A DNA stretch of 64,000 nucleotides from Octopus sinensis. Taxonomy: Eukaryota. The number at the start of each line of letters is the position of its first letter. Position 1 is the stretch's first letter. Below, in pieces: positions 63,362 to 64,000 of this stretch. Made by a program: the position numbers and the translations under genes. Under the pieces are notes generated by a model. The model was given only the letters and a program-made list of their open reading frames with translations, searched no databases and was not told where the DNA came from. The stretch covers positions 54,374,001 through 54,438,000 of the forward strand of contig NC_043010.1 in the NCBI RefSeq assembly GCF_006345805.1, written 5' to 3'.

Positions 63362-64000
63362 TTTATCTCTCTATCTATTTATTTGTCTGTCTATCTATCT
63401 TTCTCTGTCTCTCTATCTGTCTGTCTATGAGTCTGCCTGTCTGTCTCCCCCCTCTCTCTCTATATATATATATATGTTTGGATGTATGTATGTATGTATC
63501 TATCTATCTATCACGTACACGTATATTATACATACGTACAAACATACACACATACATACATCTGTATGTATGTTATATATATATATATGGGTGTGTGTTT
63601 GTGTGTGTGTATGAGTGTGTGTGTGTGTCTGCGCATACCTGTTTATATACGCGTGTGGTTGTGATGTGTGTCGTTATTGGTATCTAGAGTCGAGTTTTGT
63701 ATGGACTACCATCATTTATTTGTGTTTCTTTACTTTTCTAATCTTCGATATTTTCTGTTCATTTTACTTTTCTATAGTTTGCTTTTGTTTGTGTTTTACC
63801 GATCTATTTCTTCAACTTTAGAGACTATAAGCCGTTTAGTGGCAACTACTTTTCGCTATTGTCTATGTAATTTTCAAAGTTGAATTTTTTATTCATAACA
63901 ACATTATTTTTCTTTCAAGTAACCGCTATCTGAAATTACCATTTTTTTTTTTTTTATTATTTGTATTCTATTTCTGTCCCTAAGCCCCAATGCTACCTCA

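Overview
AT-rich, repeat-dominated eukaryotic genomic DNA. The SINE repertoire and the dense (TA)n/(CA)n/(AAT)n/(ATCT)n microsatellites point to an octopod cephalopod (inference from recognition, not a database hit). No protein-coding gene can be called with confidence. Almost all entries in the ORF track are artefacts of microsatellites or SINEs; only a few weak candidate exons exist (+ strand 14552-14686; a small - strand exon cluster at 38.0-39.6 kb). Identifiable content: three tRNA-derived SINE groups (about 40 copies or fragments), remnants of R4/Dong-like and CR1-like LINEs, mariner/Tc1/pogo remnants and MITEs, and a TIR element with telomere-like repeats. The most striking signal is a set of non-coding elements sitting in (TA)n tracts with an 'inverted partial copy + sense copy' architecture, several of which fold into type I hammerhead ribozymes. 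One is fully canonical with a 57-nt stem II insertion (33246-33351) inside a young, highly structured 484-nt unit whose ends join circularly. A second intact one lies at 10761-10819, a variant-core one lies in a 1.07-kb palindrome (10084-10128), and several decayed or variant ones occur elsewhere. These look like Penelope-like pseudo-LTR / retrozyme-type elements from several distinct families. All folding was done by eye, and boundaries without a stated TSD or TIR are approximate.
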